The notes below the pieces were generated by a model. It was given only the letters and a program-made list of their open reading frames with translations, did not search any database and had not been told where the DNA came from. From an uncultured Erysipelotrichaceae bacterium (GTDB taxonomy: Bacteria > Bacillota_I > Bacilli_A > RF39 > UBA660): DNA of 64,000 nucleotides. The stretch covers positions 2,973 through 66,972 of the forward strand of contig CADBCT010000002.1 in the NCBI GenBank assembly GCA_902793315.1, given 5' to 3'. The position numbers and the translations under genes were made by a program. Every line of letters starts with the position of its first letter. Position 1 is the first letter of the stretch. Below, piece after piece: positions 8,810 to 19,612 of the stretch.

Positions 8810-10996
8810 TTAATTTATACCATCAATTAAATAATCTTTAATTGTAGTTCTTCTAATATCAGTATTAATATTTTTAGAAGCAAAATCTAAAGCTTTATAA
8901 TCACCAATTAAGTATAATTTCTTTTTAGCACGAGTTACTGCAGTATAAATGAGTTTTTGATATAACATCTTATGATATCCTTTTACGATTGGAATAACTA
9001 CTATATCAAATTCAGACCCTTGAGATTTATGAATACTAATTGCATAAGCCAATCTAAAATTATTAAAATTACTAGGTGTATATTTAACAATATTACCATC
9101 AAAATCTAAGTATATTTCACTTCTAGGATTACTTACTATTCGATTAATTAAGCCAATATCTCCATTATAAACATTATCATCAGGCATATTAGTTAATTGA
9201 ATTACTTTATCTCCTTCTTGTAATGTCTCTCCTCCTATATCTTTACTATTTTTTCTTTTATTTTTAGGATTAAATATTTCTTTAATACTTTGATTAATTG
9301 TATCAATACCATTTAATCCTTTATACATAGGAGCTAATATTTGAAAATCATGATAATTTAAGTCTAAATAAGTATTACATATTTCAGAAATATTAGGAAT
9401 AACTTCACTATCATTACACTCAATAAATGTAAGATCATCAGTAACATTAAAAATATCTTTATTAATACTACTATTTCTAATATCATAAGCTAAATTAATA
9501 ATATTTGAATCATTACCTTGACGATATAATTCAGTTAATTCTACAACATCTAACATTTTAGAATCAATTAAATCATGTAAAACATTACCAGGTCCAACAC
9601 TAGGTAATTGATGATCATCACCTACTAAAACAATCTTACAGTTAGCAGAAATACCTTTTAAAAGACTAGCCATTAGATAAGTATCTACCATACTAGTTTC
9701 ATCTAGAATAATAAATTCTACTTTACTCTTATTATATTCATTTACTTGGAAAGTATTAGATTCTTTCTGCCACTTTAAGAATCTATGAATAGTACTAGCT
9801 CGTACTAAAGTAGCTTCAGTCATTCTTTTAGCTGCTCTTCCAGTAGGTGCAAGTAAAGCTATTTTTTCAGATAACTTTTCATAGTTCAACTTATTCATCA
9901 TACGATACAACTCAATAATACCTCGCATAATAGTAGTTTTACCAGTACCAGGTCCACCAGTAATAATTAAAAAATCATTCTTATAGCTCTTACTAATAGC
10001 TTCTCTTTGTTCATCATTATAAGTAATTTCTAAGAAGCTTTCTATTTCCTTGATTGTACTATCTATTTTCTTATCAGTAAGACTTTTATTATTATTTAAC
10101 ATTCTAAATCTTTTTACTATTAAACATTCAGCTTCATACATTTCTCTTAAATAATACTTATCTTCTTTTATTACTATTTTAATATCTTTTTCCAATTCAG
10201 TTAAATATTTATCTAAATCACTTATTTCTATACCTAATACTCTAGGTAAATAAGTATTAATTTCATCTCGATAATAATAACTATGTCCAAAAGTATTACT
10301 TACTTCATTCATAATATAAATAATTGCTGCTTTAATACGATTAGGATCATCCTTTGAAACATTATTTTCTAAAGCAATATTGTCAATCTTTTTAAAATAC
10401 ATATCATAAATATCATCAATTAATTTATATATATTTTCTTCAATTATACTTTTAGTTTTACCTTTATAAGTATTATATATTAACATTGAATCTCTAGTAG
10501 AAAAACCTAAATCAGATAAATACATAATAGTTTCATAACTAGCTTCATATTCTTTTAATTTGTCATGTAAAACATTAATATTTTTTTCAGTTATACCTGG
10601 TATTAAAATTAAATTAGAAGGATTCTCTAATATTGTTTTTAAAGTATCTGCTCCTAAAGTATCAACAATTGCTTTTGCTTTCTTTTCACCAATTCCTGGA
10701 AACAAACCACTAGTTAAAAATTCGATAATAGAGTCTTTTTCTTCAGGCTTAACTCTTTCATAATTATCTACTTGAAATTGTTCTCCATACTTTGGATGAT
10801 TTACTAATTTACCATAAAACATATATGTATCATGATTATTTAATTCATGAAAATAGCCAGTAAAAGTAATAGTTCTACCTATATAATTAGCTAACTTTTC
10901 ATCATTTGTATCTACAACTCTAAAAATACCGATATAATAACCGGTATTATTTTCATAAATACTTTTTGAAAATGTTCCTTTTATATAAGTATTCAT
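8810..10996 (-). CDS. recD2: ATP-dependent RecD-like DNA helicase (SF1B, RecD2)
   Basis: N-terminal OB/HhH region, Walker A GGPGTGKTT, DETSMVD and a C-terminal SH3-like part. Start is taken at the ATG at 10996, immediately after AGGAGG, rather than the TTG at 11014. Confidence 0.9.
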   Translation of the reverse strand: MNTYIKGTFSKSIYENNTGYYIGIFRVVDTNDEKLANYIGRTITFTGYFHELNNHDTYMFYGKLVNHPKYGEQFQVDNYERVKPEEKDSIIEFLTSGLFPGIGEKKAKAIVDTLGADTLKTILENPSNLILIPGITEKNINVLHDKLKEYEASYETIMYLSDLGFSTRDSMLIYNTYKGKTKSIIEENIYKLIDDIYDMYFKKIDNIALENNVSKDDPNRIKAAIIYIMNEVSNTFGHSYYYRDEINTYLPRVLGIEISDLDKYLTELEKDIKIVIKEDKYYLREMYEAECLIVKRFRMLNNNKSLTDKKIDSTIKEIESFLEITYNDEQREAISKSYKNDFLIITGGPGTGKTTIMRGIIELYRMMNKLNYEKLSEKIALLAPTGRAAKRMTEATLVRASTIHRFLKWQKESNTFQVNEYNKSKVEFIILDETSMVDTYLMASLLKGISANCKIVLVGDDHQLPSVGPGNVLHDLIDSKMLDVVELTELYRQGNDSNIINLAYDIRNSSINKDIFNVTDDLTFIECNDSEVIPNISEICNTYLDLNYHDFQILAPMYKGLNGIDTINQSIKEIFNPKNKRKNSKDIGGETLQEGDKVIQLTNMPDDNVYNGDIGLINRIVSNPRSEIYLDFDGNIVKYTPSNFNNFRLAYAISIHKSQGSEFDIVVIPIVKGYHKMLYQKLIYTAVTRAKKKLYLIGDYKALDFASKNINTDIRRTTIKDYLIDGIN

Positions 10997-11003
10997 ACTC
11001 CTC

Positions 11004-12275
11004 CTACTCTCCAATACAATATGGATACTCTATATCTATTATACGGACTTTTTTATATTCATTATGAGGATATTCTCCTTTTATTTTAACATATAAATAA
11101 TTACCTGTATGGCCATAACTATAGCCATCTTTTACTTCTTCTATTAATACTTCTACTTCTCTATTAATAAATTTATTCATATAATTATTTTCTAATTCAT
11201 GTGATACTTTTATTAATCTTCTAGCTCTATCTTTAACTACACCACGTTCTACTTTATTATCCATTCTAGATGAAGCAGTACCTTTGCGTTCACTATATGG
11301 GAAGACATGTAATTTAGAAAATTCTAATTTTTTGCAAGTATCAATAGTAGTCTTAAATAATTCTTCAGTCTCTCCAGGAAAACCTACAATAACATCAGTA
11401 CTAATACTAATCTCTGGTCTAATAGATCTTATTTCTTCAATTTTTTTAAAGAAGAAATCTAAATCATATTTTCTATTCATTGCCTTTAATATTTCATTAG
11501 AACCAGCTTGAATAGGAATGTGTAAGTGATCTACTAATACCTTAGAATTTTTTAAGACATTTAATACTTTATCATTTAATTCAGTAGTCTCTATTGAAGA
11601 TATTCTAAGTCTATCTAAACCATCTATTTTAACTAACTTATCTAATAAATCAGCAAAGTCAGTATCTAAATCTACTCCAAAACTTCCTGTATGAATACCA
11701 GTAAGTACTACTTCTTTATAACCATTAGAAACCAAATCAGTTACTTCACTAATTACTTTAGATTCATCTTTACTACGGCATTTACCTCTTACAAATGGAA
11801 TAATGCAATAACTACAAAAGTTATCACAACCGTCTTGTATTTTAACAAAGGCACGAGTACGACCTGGGAAATCAGTAATATACATATCTTCAAATTCTTT
11901 TAGACGACCAGTATATTGCTTATTAATAATTTCTTTATTTTTAAAATATTCATCTAATAAACTTACTATCTTAGCTTTATCTTTGTTACCAATAATAATA
12001 TCTAAACCAGGTATTTCTATATCTGGATTAGCTGCGATAAAACAACCCATTGCGACTACACAAGCATTAGGATTTCTTTTAATTGCTTGTCTAATCATCT
12101 TTTTACTTTTAGAATCACTATTATTAGTAACAGTACAAGTATTAATAATATAGACATCACATATATCATCAAAAGACTTTATATCATAACCTGCTTTTTT
12201 AAGTTCATTAATAACATATTCAGATTCATAAGTATTAACCTTACAACCCAATGTCATAACTCCTACACTTTTCAT
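11004..12275 (-). CDS. mtaB: tRNA t6A37 methylthiotransferase MtaB-like (radical SAM, MiaB family)
   Basis: The UPF0004 N-domain starts MKSVGVMTLGCKVNTYESE. Radical-SAM CDNFCSYC is present, with a TRAM-like C-terminus. ATG at 12275 is preferred over the GTG at 12299. Confidence 0.85.
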   Translation of the reverse strand: MKSVGVMTLGCKVNTYESEYVINELKKAGYDIKSFDDICDVYIINTCTVTNNSDSKSKKMIRQAIKRNPNACVVAMGCFIAANPDIEIPGLDIIIGNKDKAKIVSLLDEYFKNKEIINKQYTGRLKEFEDMYITDFPGRTRAFVKIQDGCDNFCSYCIIPFVRGKCRSKDESKVISEVTDLVSNGYKEVVLTGIHTGSFGVDLDTDFADLLDKLVKIDGLDRLRISSIETTELNDKVLNVLKNSKVLVDHLHIPIQAGSNEILKAMNRKYDLDFFFKKIEEIRSIRPEISISTDVIVGFPGETEELFKTTIDTCKKLEFSKLHVFPYSERKGTASSRMDNKVERGVVKDRARRLIKVSHELENNYMNKFINREVEVLIEEVKDGYSYGHTGNYLYVKIKGEYPHNEYKKVRIIDIEYPYCIGE

Positions 12276-12330
12276 ATTACCACTATCTTTCCAACACACA
12301 AATTATATCAAAAAAATGCTTATTATTCAA

Positions 12331-12352
12331 CAAAAAAGGAGCAAGGCTCCTT
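12331..12352 (-). terminator. Rho-independent terminator
   Basis: AAGGAGC-CTT-GCTCCTT followed by TTTTTG on the minus strand, directly after the stop at 12351. Confidence 0.8.
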
Positions 12353-13301
12353 ATTCTAATTTGTTTTGTAATTCATTAAAAGTCATCAAGAGATCACTGT
12401 TCTTTTCTAACTCTTGATCAAACTTCTCAAAATTAGCAGTGTTCTCTAACTCTAATTCATTAGTAACTGGTTTTTCAATACCAAATACTGGAGATATAAT
12501 TGGACTATTCTTAAATCTAGGACCAATTGTATTAAAGTCATCCATATGTAACTTTGGTTGTTCTTTTTGAACTTCTCGTTCTACCTCTTGTTTTTCTTCA
12601 TCAGAAATAACATTTTCAATTAAGAATGGTTCATCATAAGAAGCCGCAGTATTACCTGATTGCATTTCTAATTCTTGAAGACTAATTGGCATAGTTTTTT
12701 CTTCATCATACTGAGTTAATTCATTAGCTTTATAAATATCTTTTCCTCTTTTTAATAATTCTTCTAAGCTAATAATTGCATTTTCTTCTTGTTGTTCTTC
12801 AAAGTTAGCAACTGATAATTCTCCAGTAGCCTCAATTTCAGCACTTCTACGTAATTCTTCTGTTATTTTCTTTAATTCTAATTGAGCAGTTTCACGATCT
12901 GGTTCAATAGTTGTATATTCTAATTCTGGTTCATCTATATCTTCAACAATATCAATATCTTCGATAATAAGTGGTTCCTCATCAGCAATTTCATCGATAT
13001 CTTCCAATTTCTCAATACTATCTAACTGTAGTGTAGACTCAAGCATATCATTAACCGCACTAGACTGATCATCAATAGTTAAAACTGGTTCTTCCATAAC
13101 TTCTATTGGTTCAGCTTCAGTAAATCTATCTTTAATCTGCGCAACTAATTTATTTAATTCACGAGTATTATGTTTCTTTTTATAGTTTTCACTATTCTTC
13201 TCAACAATATATATTACAAAGCATAATAGACAAGCCAAGAAAGAAACGCAGTAAACAATTATGATATCTTTTGAAGTTAAAAATCCGATTAATTCATTCA
13301 T
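12351..13301 (-). CDS. Hypothetical membrane-anchored, highly acidic protein
   Basis: One N-terminal TM (IIIVYCVSFLACLLCFVIYIV) followed by a D/E-rich, low-complexity, coiled region. Start is taken at the ATG at 13301 (SD GAGGTGA). Confidence 0.5.
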   Translation of the reverse strand: MNELIGFLTSKDIIIVYCVSFLACLLCFVIYIVEKNSENYKKKHNTRELNKLVAQIKDRFTEAEPIEVMEEPVLTIDDQSSAVNDMLESTLQLDSIEKLEDIDEIADEEPLIIEDIDIVEDIDEPELEYTTIEPDRETAQLELKKITEELRRSAEIEATGELSVANFEEQQEENAIISLEELLKRGKDIYKANELTQYDEEKTMPISLQELEMQSGNTAASYDEPFLIENVISDEEKQEVEREVQKEQPKLHMDDFNTIGPRFKNSPIISPVFGIEKPVTNELELENTANFEKFDQELEKNSDLLMTFNELQNKLE

Positions 13302-13514
13302 AATACTCACCTCTTTTTCAGTTTATCATATAAATGTAAAGTTGTGATATATCAATGTATATTTTACATAAAAATAATTGTAAATTTACATAGACACTAC
13401 ACATGTAATTATAAACTTTACAATATCGAATCGACAAATATCTTACTTAATAAAATAATAACATACATTTCTAAAATATGATATATTTTTTTGAAAATTT
13501 TCATAAAATTTATC

Positions 13515-14801
13515 ATGAAAAAAACGTTTGTTTGTTCTGCTCTTATTTTAATCATTGGTGGATTCATTACGAAAGTACTTGGTATGATTATAAAAGTCTC
13601 TACAACTAGAATTATTGGTACTGAAGGTATCAGTTTATATATGTTAATTATACCTACTTTTAATCTCTTAATTAGTCTTTCACAGTTTGGTATGCCAGTT
13701 GCTTTAGCTAAACTTATTTCTGAAGAAAATAAAAGTACTAAAAAACTATTTTTTACTAATTTACCAATAATTATTTTAATTAATTTATGCTTAATTATCT
13801 TAGTATTTAGTACTGCTCCATTTATTAGTAATAATTTACTACATAATAGTGCTAGTGAAATATGTTTAAAGTCAATTGCTTTTGTTATTCCATTTACTAC
13901 TATTTCTAGTATTTGTAGAAGTTATTTTTTTGGTAGACAAAAAATGATTCCTCATGTTATTTCAAATATCACTGAAAGTCTATTTCGCTTACTTATTATC
14001 ATAGTATTATTACCCAAATTATTAATCTATTCAGTAAAATATCAAGTCTTATTTTTAATACTATTAAATATAATTAGCGAAGTTCTTTCAACAATTATTT
14101 TAATTTTCTTTTTACCTAAAAATATTATTATTACCAAAAATGATTTATTACCCAACAAACAGTATTTAAAAGATAGTTTATCTATCAGTATTCCAAATAC
14201 TTTAAGTAGATTAATAGTTAGCATTGCTTATTTCTTTGAACCTATTATTTTAATTAGTTCATTAAAGAAAAACTATTCTCTTAATTATATTACTACTCAA
14301 TATGGAATACTTAATGGGTATGTTCTTCCGCTAATCTTATTGCCTTCCTTTTTTACGATTGCTATATCACAAGCACTATTACCAGTTATTTCTAATGCCT
14401 ACTCAAACAATAATCTTAAAATTGTAAAAAGCAAATTATATGAAGCGATAACATTATCCCTAATAATTGGTATACCTACTACTATTGTTATAATGTTAAA
14501 GCCTAGCCTTTTATTATTTCTACTCTATCATACTACTGAAGGGGTAATTTATTTAAAACTCTTAGCTCCAATATTTCTACTTCACTATCTTCAAGCTCCC
14601 TTAATTACTATTTTAGATGCTATTGGTAAAAGTAAATATAATTTAACTGCTAATATTATTAGTACAATTATTAGAATTAGTTCTTTAATAGTATTAAGTA
14701 CTTTCAAAATAGGTATTTATTCTCTATTAATATCTATTATCATTAATATATTTATCACTACAATCTATTTAATTTTCAAAATAAAAAGACAATTAAAATA
14801 A
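13515..14801 (+). CDS. MOP-superfamily flippase (polysaccharide biosynthesis / SpoVB / MurJ-like)
   Basis: About 430 aa and polytopic, with roughly 12-14 hydrophobic helices. The N-terminus ALILIIGGFITKVLGMIIKVSTTRIIGTEGISLY is typical of SpoVB/MurJ-type proteins. The start is uncertain (ATG 13515 versus TTG 13491). Confidence 0.7.
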   Translation: MKKTFVCSALILIIGGFITKVLGMIIKVSTTRIIGTEGISLYMLIIPTFNLLISLSQFGMPVALAKLISEENKSTKKLFFTNLPIIILINLCLIILVFSTAPFISNNLLHNSASEICLKSIAFVIPFTTISSICRSYFFGRQKMIPHVISNITESLFRLLIIIVLLPKLLIYSVKYQVLFLILLNIISEVLSTIILIFFLPKNIIITKNDLLPNKQYLKDSLSISIPNTLSRLIVSIAYFFEPIILISSLKKNYSLNYITTQYGILNGYVLPLILLPSFFTIAISQALLPVISNAYSNNNLKIVKSKLYEAITLSLIIGIPTTIVIMLKPSLLLFLLYHTTEGVIYLKLLAPIFLLHYLQAPLITILDAIGKSKYNLTANIISTIIRISSLIVLSTFKIGIYSLLISIIINIFITTIYLIFKIKRQLK

Positions 14802-14806
14802 TTGTC

Positions 14807-16636
14807 TTATTCTACAACATATGGATTATCCATACTACCATTACCACTTACATACTCGATTCCTGGTTTTAATGATACTACAGGTCGAACATATGCAGTA
14901 GTATATGAATTAGCACCTTCGAACAGTATATTACCATTGGAATAGTTTACAAGTATAACATAATAAGCTCTTTCAAAAGAAGCTGGTGAAGAAAGCCAAT
15001 AATTATTACCAATATAGCGCAAAAGATTATTTTCTAATAGATTCATCTCTTCAGAAGAAGGAAGCCCTACTGGATATATTAGTTTTGCTTTATTATTACT
15101 CGTACTAAATCTATCTGTTTCATTATTACAGCTTATATCTCCTGTAGCATTATTATTCTTAAAGTGGAGTGCAGATTTAATATTGCCTCCATTTGGATTC
15201 CATCCATTAAGTTCAGTAATAGTTCGATCATTACAAAAAACCGTGTCTTCAAGCTTATTTGTATATTGTGTCATATTTGCAGCATACCAATTATCTATTG
15301 CTGTTTTTATTGTTGAATTAGTTGCATTTACATTGTCTGCATATAGCATCTCATCCATAGCATCTTCAACACTTTTACCATCTGTTAAAATAATATATGA
15401 CAAATAATTATTCATGATACTATAAAAATATGCATACTTTAATTCTGTGCAGGTATCTGTTGTAGAAAAACAAGTATAATGATTATTACTTATATCATCT
15501 ATATCTTGAATATAATCAAAAGTTTTCATTCTGTTATTAGTATCTAATTTGTAAGTATTTGTTGCACTATTATAGGTATAACTCTTAGCATATATAACAT
15601 TTGAAAGATAATAGTAATAAGCATTCTCGGCCCTATAAATCTTTCTTAGATCAGTACATGATGTTCTATTATCTCCACATGTATAGTAGTTTGCATAAGC
15701 TCCATTGCTATTATACCAATCAATTTTACTTATTGTTACTGTATTTTTCAATGTATATGTACCATTACTTTCAGTATAACCTGTTCCAAGGACAAAAGTT
15801 GTATTATAGTAATTCATTAGATTACCACCAGTCATCTCAAAGACATGCATACTACCGCTTAATCCTCCTAATATATAATAAACAGTTGAGCATGGTGTAG
15901 TATTATTTGTCTTACAGGTATATAATCCTCCAGAAGAAGCATAAGTATTAGCCCATGTTGCTTGACTTGTTCCGGTTAATGTATACTTAGAGGTAGAAGT
16001 ATCATATGTAACACCTGTTCCATAGACATAACTTGATGAACTATTTGCATATGTAGAGGAAACAACATCATTTCGAGTAGATAAACTACTATAACCATGT
16101 TGATTATGTGCATATCTAGTATTATACATATAACCTACATCTGCCAATGAACTTTCATTATTGTTATATTTAGCCTGCCCTATTGATTGATCAATTCCTG
16201 AGTTATGACATGTACCATTATTAGGCACACCATTATAAATCATTTTTGTACCACCTGTCGAAGTAGTTCTTAACATTTGCCAGCAAAAACCTGCGAATAG
16301 TATATTCCATTTATCTTTTATTTCGTTTGCCAAAATATTTCCTTGTGTTGTATTAGGCGCATTCCAATAAAAAATCTCTTCAGTTCCTGCTGATGGATCT
16401 GGTGAATCATTAATTGTTCCCGTATATTCTTTTGCATATACACTACCATCGGCTGCTTTTTCTAATACTCCATAAGGGGTTGGATCATATTTATCTACTT
16501 TTAATGTTCCATTTATTCCTAGATTAGTAGTAAATGCTGAATAACCTAGGCCTAAGAACACTACTAAAAGAATGATACTTGATATAATCATTCTTTTTTT
16601 TCTACGTATATTAGATGAAAACTTTTTACCAAACAT
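14807..16636 (-). CDS. Secreted/surface protein, Thr/Tyr/Asn/Ser-rich with scattered Cys; conserved C-terminal module
   Basis: N-terminal basic stretch plus a TM/signal (RRKKRMIISSIILLVVFLGLGYSAF). The C-terminus NYWLSSPASFERAYYVILVNYSNGNILFEGANSYTTAYVRPVVSLKPG resembles the WLRSP...VRPA(L/I) module seen in many uncharacterised Firmicute surface proteins. Confidence 0.55.
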   Translation of the reverse strand: MFGKKFSSNIRRKKRMIISSIILLVVFLGLGYSAFTTNLGINGTLKVDKYDPTPYGVLEKAADGSVYAKEYTGTINDSPDPSAGTEEIFYWNAPNTTQGNILANEIKDKWNILFAGFCWQMLRTTSTGGTKMIYNGVPNNGTCHNSGIDQSIGQAKYNNNESSLADVGYMYNTRYAHNQHGYSSLSTRNDVVSSTYANSSSSYVYGTGVTYDTSTSKYTLTGTSQATWANTYASSGGLYTCKTNNTTPCSTVYYILGGLSGSMHVFEMTGGNLMNYYNTTFVLGTGYTESNGTYTLKNTVTISKIDWYNSNGAYANYYTCGDNRTSCTDLRKIYRAENAYYYYLSNVIYAKSYTYNSATNTYKLDTNNRMKTFDYIQDIDDISNNHYTCFSTTDTCTELKYAYFYSIMNNYLSYIILTDGKSVEDAMDEMLYADNVNATNSTIKTAIDNWYAANMTQYTNKLEDTVFCNDRTITELNGWNPNGGNIKSALHFKNNNATGDISCNNETDRFSTSNNKAKLIYPVGLPSSEEMNLLENNLLRYIGNNYWLSSPASFERAYYVILVNYSNGNILFEGANSYTTAYVRPVVSLKPGIEYVSGNGSMDNPYVVE

Positions 16637-16706
16637 TTTATCACCTATTATCCATACTAATTTTATTTTATCATTTATATATCAGTATTGCAATAATCTA
16701 ATCATG

Positions 16707-16733
16707 TAAAAAAGAACAATAATTGTTCTTTTA
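16707..16733 (-). terminator. Rho-independent terminator after helD
   Basis: AAGAACAA-TAA-TTGTTCTT followed by a T-run on the minus strand. It overlaps the stop at 16731. Confidence 0.75.
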
Positions 16734-18761
16734 ATTATAAATATATAATTCATGCTGACATCTAGTACAAGCTACATATAATAGATTTCTTTCATTCTTT
16801 TTATAAGAATTATTACGATCATTATAAATAATTACACTGTCAAATTCTAATCCTTTAGCTACGTATGCTGGAATTATAATTAATTCCTTAGAGAATCCTT
16901 TAGTAGTAGCATCTACTAAAGAAATATCTATTTTATCTTTAAGCAAATCATATATATATTCAGCTTCTCTATTATCTTTAGTAATAATAGCAGTACTTTT
17001 ATAATTACTTTGTAAATTATTAATATCTTCTAATAATTTATCTTTTAACTCTTCAATACCTTTTCTTATAATTACTGGTTTATTAGTATTCTTTCTAACT
17101 GCATTAACATGATTTAGATTAAGAATTTTATTAGTATATTCAATTATTTCTGGAGAAGAACGATATGTTTTTAATAATTCTAAGTACTTAGTTTCTCCTT
17201 TAAATAAGTCTTTTAAGTCTTCTAATGACTTATATTGATAATATGGATTTATATTTTGATTAATATCTCCTAGAATAGTAAAATCTGCTTTTTTAAATAT
17301 TTGATTAATTATTATATATTGTAATCTATTATAATCTTGAGCTTCATCAACAATAACTTGCTTGATAGTTGATTCATAGATAAAGCCTTCTAATCTACCT
17401 TTAATATAAGCAAATATTAATGCATCTTCATAATTAATAACATTTTTATAAATAAAACTATTTATTGTTTTTTCAGACAACTTAATCTTACAATAATCAC
17501 TTAAATAGAAATCTTTCATAATACTTTGATAATCTTTTTTGAAATTACTATTTTCATATAATAACTTTAAATATGTTTTTACTTTAGTACGTTTACCTTT
17601 ATAGTTATTAGAACATAACTTTTCAGCTATTTCATTTACTCTTTCAAATAATGGTAAACGGTCATATTTATAATGTAACATTTTATTTATTTCATCCTTT
17701 TCTATGTAATGAATTTCTCCTTCATGAAAAGAACTAGTAAATTTACAATTATTTATATAATTATTTAAGTAATTATCTAAATCTTCTATAATTCCATCAC
17801 TTTGTTTATACTCTACTAATTCAGGATTTGGTTCATTATAGGAATAATATCTTGAAATAAAATCGGTAAAACTCTCTACTCCATAATATTCAGTAATAAA
17901 AGCTTCTAAATAATCAGAGAATGTTGTTTGTAAAGTATTATCTTCTCCTAATGATGGTAAGACATCAGATATATACTCAGTAAAAATATTATTAGGTGAA
18001 AAGATTAAAATATTATTACTATTTAAATTCTTAATTCGATATAGTAAAAAAGCTATTCTATGTAGTGCAACTGTTGTTTTCCCTGAACCAGCTATTCCTT
18101 GAACAATTAAATTATCATTATCTAAGTCTCTAATAACTTTATTCTGTTCTTGTTGAATAGTATTAACAACTTGACGCATCCTATCACTTGATTCTTGTGC
18201 TAAAACTTCTTGTAATACCTCATCACTAATATTTAAACTATTGTCAAAAACACCTAGTAATTTATTGTTTTCTATTTTGTATTGTCTTTTTCTTTTTAAT
18301 TCTCCACTAATAATTCCACCTGGTGCTACATAACTACAAGGTCCTGTTTCAAAATCATAAAACAAACTACAGATTGGACTTCTCCAATCAAAGAGAATAT
18401 TATTTGAATCTTTGTCTTTTAAATAAGTAAGTGACATGTAAATATTAAATATTTCTCCCTTTTCATCTTTAAAAACAATACTAGCAAAATAAGGTTTGTT
18501 TTTAATTTTACATAATCTTCTAAAATAATCACGTTTTCTAAAAAACTTATCAGCTTCTAGTGCCGTTGCAGCCATTACTTGTTGAGATTCAGCTGCATCA
18601 AAACTACTAGAATTCTCCCACATCATTTTCTTAAATTCAGTAAGACCTTCTTCGTCTTCAATTACATCTTCTCCTAGAGAAGACAATGTTTCTTCTAAGA
18701 GCTTTTGAACTTTTCTTAGAATTTTCTTTTCTTTTACAAATTCGCTTTCACTAATTGCCAT
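16731..18761 (-). CDS. helD: UvrD-like helicase IV / RNA polymerase recycling factor HelD
   Basis: 676 aa. Long N-terminal coiled region, Walker A QGIAGSGKTTVALHRIAFLLY, VDEAQD and a C-terminal UvrD_C part (LLYVACTRCQHELYIY). Confidence 0.8.
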   Translation of the reverse strand: MAISESEFVKEKKILRKVQKLLEETLSSLGEDVIEDEEGLTEFKKMMWENSSSFDAAESQQVMAATALEADKFFRKRDYFRRLCKIKNKPYFASIVFKDEKGEIFNIYMSLTYLKDKDSNNILFDWRSPICSLFYDFETGPCSYVAPGGIISGELKRKRQYKIENNKLLGVFDNSLNISDEVLQEVLAQESSDRMRQVVNTIQQEQNKVIRDLDNDNLIVQGIAGSGKTTVALHRIAFLLYRIKNLNSNNILIFSPNNIFTEYISDVLPSLGEDNTLQTTFSDYLEAFITEYYGVESFTDFISRYYSYNEPNPELVEYKQSDGIIEDLDNYLNNYINNCKFTSSFHEGEIHYIEKDEINKMLHYKYDRLPLFERVNEIAEKLCSNNYKGKRTKVKTYLKLLYENSNFKKDYQSIMKDFYLSDYCKIKLSEKTINSFIYKNVINYEDALIFAYIKGRLEGFIYESTIKQVIVDEAQDYNRLQYIIINQIFKKADFTILGDINQNINPYYQYKSLEDLKDLFKGETKYLELLKTYRSSPEIIEYTNKILNLNHVNAVRKNTNKPVIIRKGIEELKDKLLEDINNLQSNYKSTAIITKDNREAEYIYDLLKDKIDISLVDATTKGFSKELIIIPAYVAKGLEFDSVIIYNDRNNSYKKNERNLLYVACTRCQHELYIYN

Positions 18762-18928
18762 GCTTTCCTCCTTAATATATTTATATTTAACTAAGCAAAA
18801 AAGCTACATTTACATGTAGTAGTATCCTTAAGATATAGCCTAAACGTCTCTTCAAATATAACACAAGTATTTTTACTAAACAAGTATTATTTTAATTATT
18901 TGACAAAAAAAGAGTATTATTTACTCTT

Positions 18929-19612
18929 TTATATAATTGAAAGTATTACACCTAATAGTAAGATTCCTAAAACAATATATGAAGTTTTACTAATTGTTAT
19001 TTTTTTAATGTCTTTAAATCTATAATCTTCTTTTTTATAATCTTTTACATCAACTATTTCAAAGTATTTACTTTTCTTTTTAGTTAAATCTTCACTTGAA
19101 ATAAGTACAAATTGATCTGGTTCTCCTGATTCACTATAGATAACATCTTTATCTAATTTACTTATATAAATAAACATTACTAAATCCATACAAGCTCCAA
19201 CTAAGTTAACTATTGATAAAAACATTAAATATGGAAGATTAAATATATAACTTATTATATATGTAATAACACCTATTACTACAAATGGCATCTGTAATGA
19301 AATCAAGATATTCTTTTTAGTTAGTTCTTGATATGCCATACAATACAAGATTCCTTTTTCTAAACAAATACCATAAGCAATATTTTTTCTTTTAGTACCA
19401 CCTATTAAATAGCCTATTCCATGAAGAAATTCATGTAAACATAAATATAGTATTAAAGTGATTAGTAATATCCAGAAATTTCCTGAGATGTGAAAATCAG
19501 CTTTAATCAAGATAGAAAATAATATTAATAATACTAATATTACAGTACCTAGAATGTTAGCTGGCACTAATTTCATCTTATAAACATAAGCTTTTTTAGT
19601 TGCTGTACTCAT
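18929..19612 (-). CDS. Polytopic membrane protein with HExxH (DUF3267-like putative zincin)
   Basis: LHEFLHGIGY motif inside a multi-TM protein. It overlaps the upstream gene by 17 nt. Confidence 0.55.
   Translation of the reverse strand: MSTATKKAYVYKMKLVPANILGTVILVLLILFSILIKADFHISGNFWILLITLILYLCLHEFLHGIGYLIGGTKRKNIAYGICLEKGILYCMAYQELTKKNILISLQMPFVVIGVITYIISYIFNLPYLMFLSIVNLVGACMDLVMFIYISKLDKDVIYSESGEPDQFVLISSEDLTKKKSKYFEIVDVKDYKKEDYRFKDIKKITISKTSYIVLGILLLGVILSII

Noticed and set aside
18797-18820. Hairpin GCTACAT-TTAC-ATGTAG(C) plus T-run just upstream of the helD SD (possible leader attenuator). It shares CTACA/TGTAG with the TetR operator candidate.
   Set aside because: The stem is only 6-7 AT-rich base pairs, and I could not see an alternative pairing or a leader ORF. 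The sequence resemblance to the 4605..4616 palindrome is short enough to be chance in this AT-rich genome.
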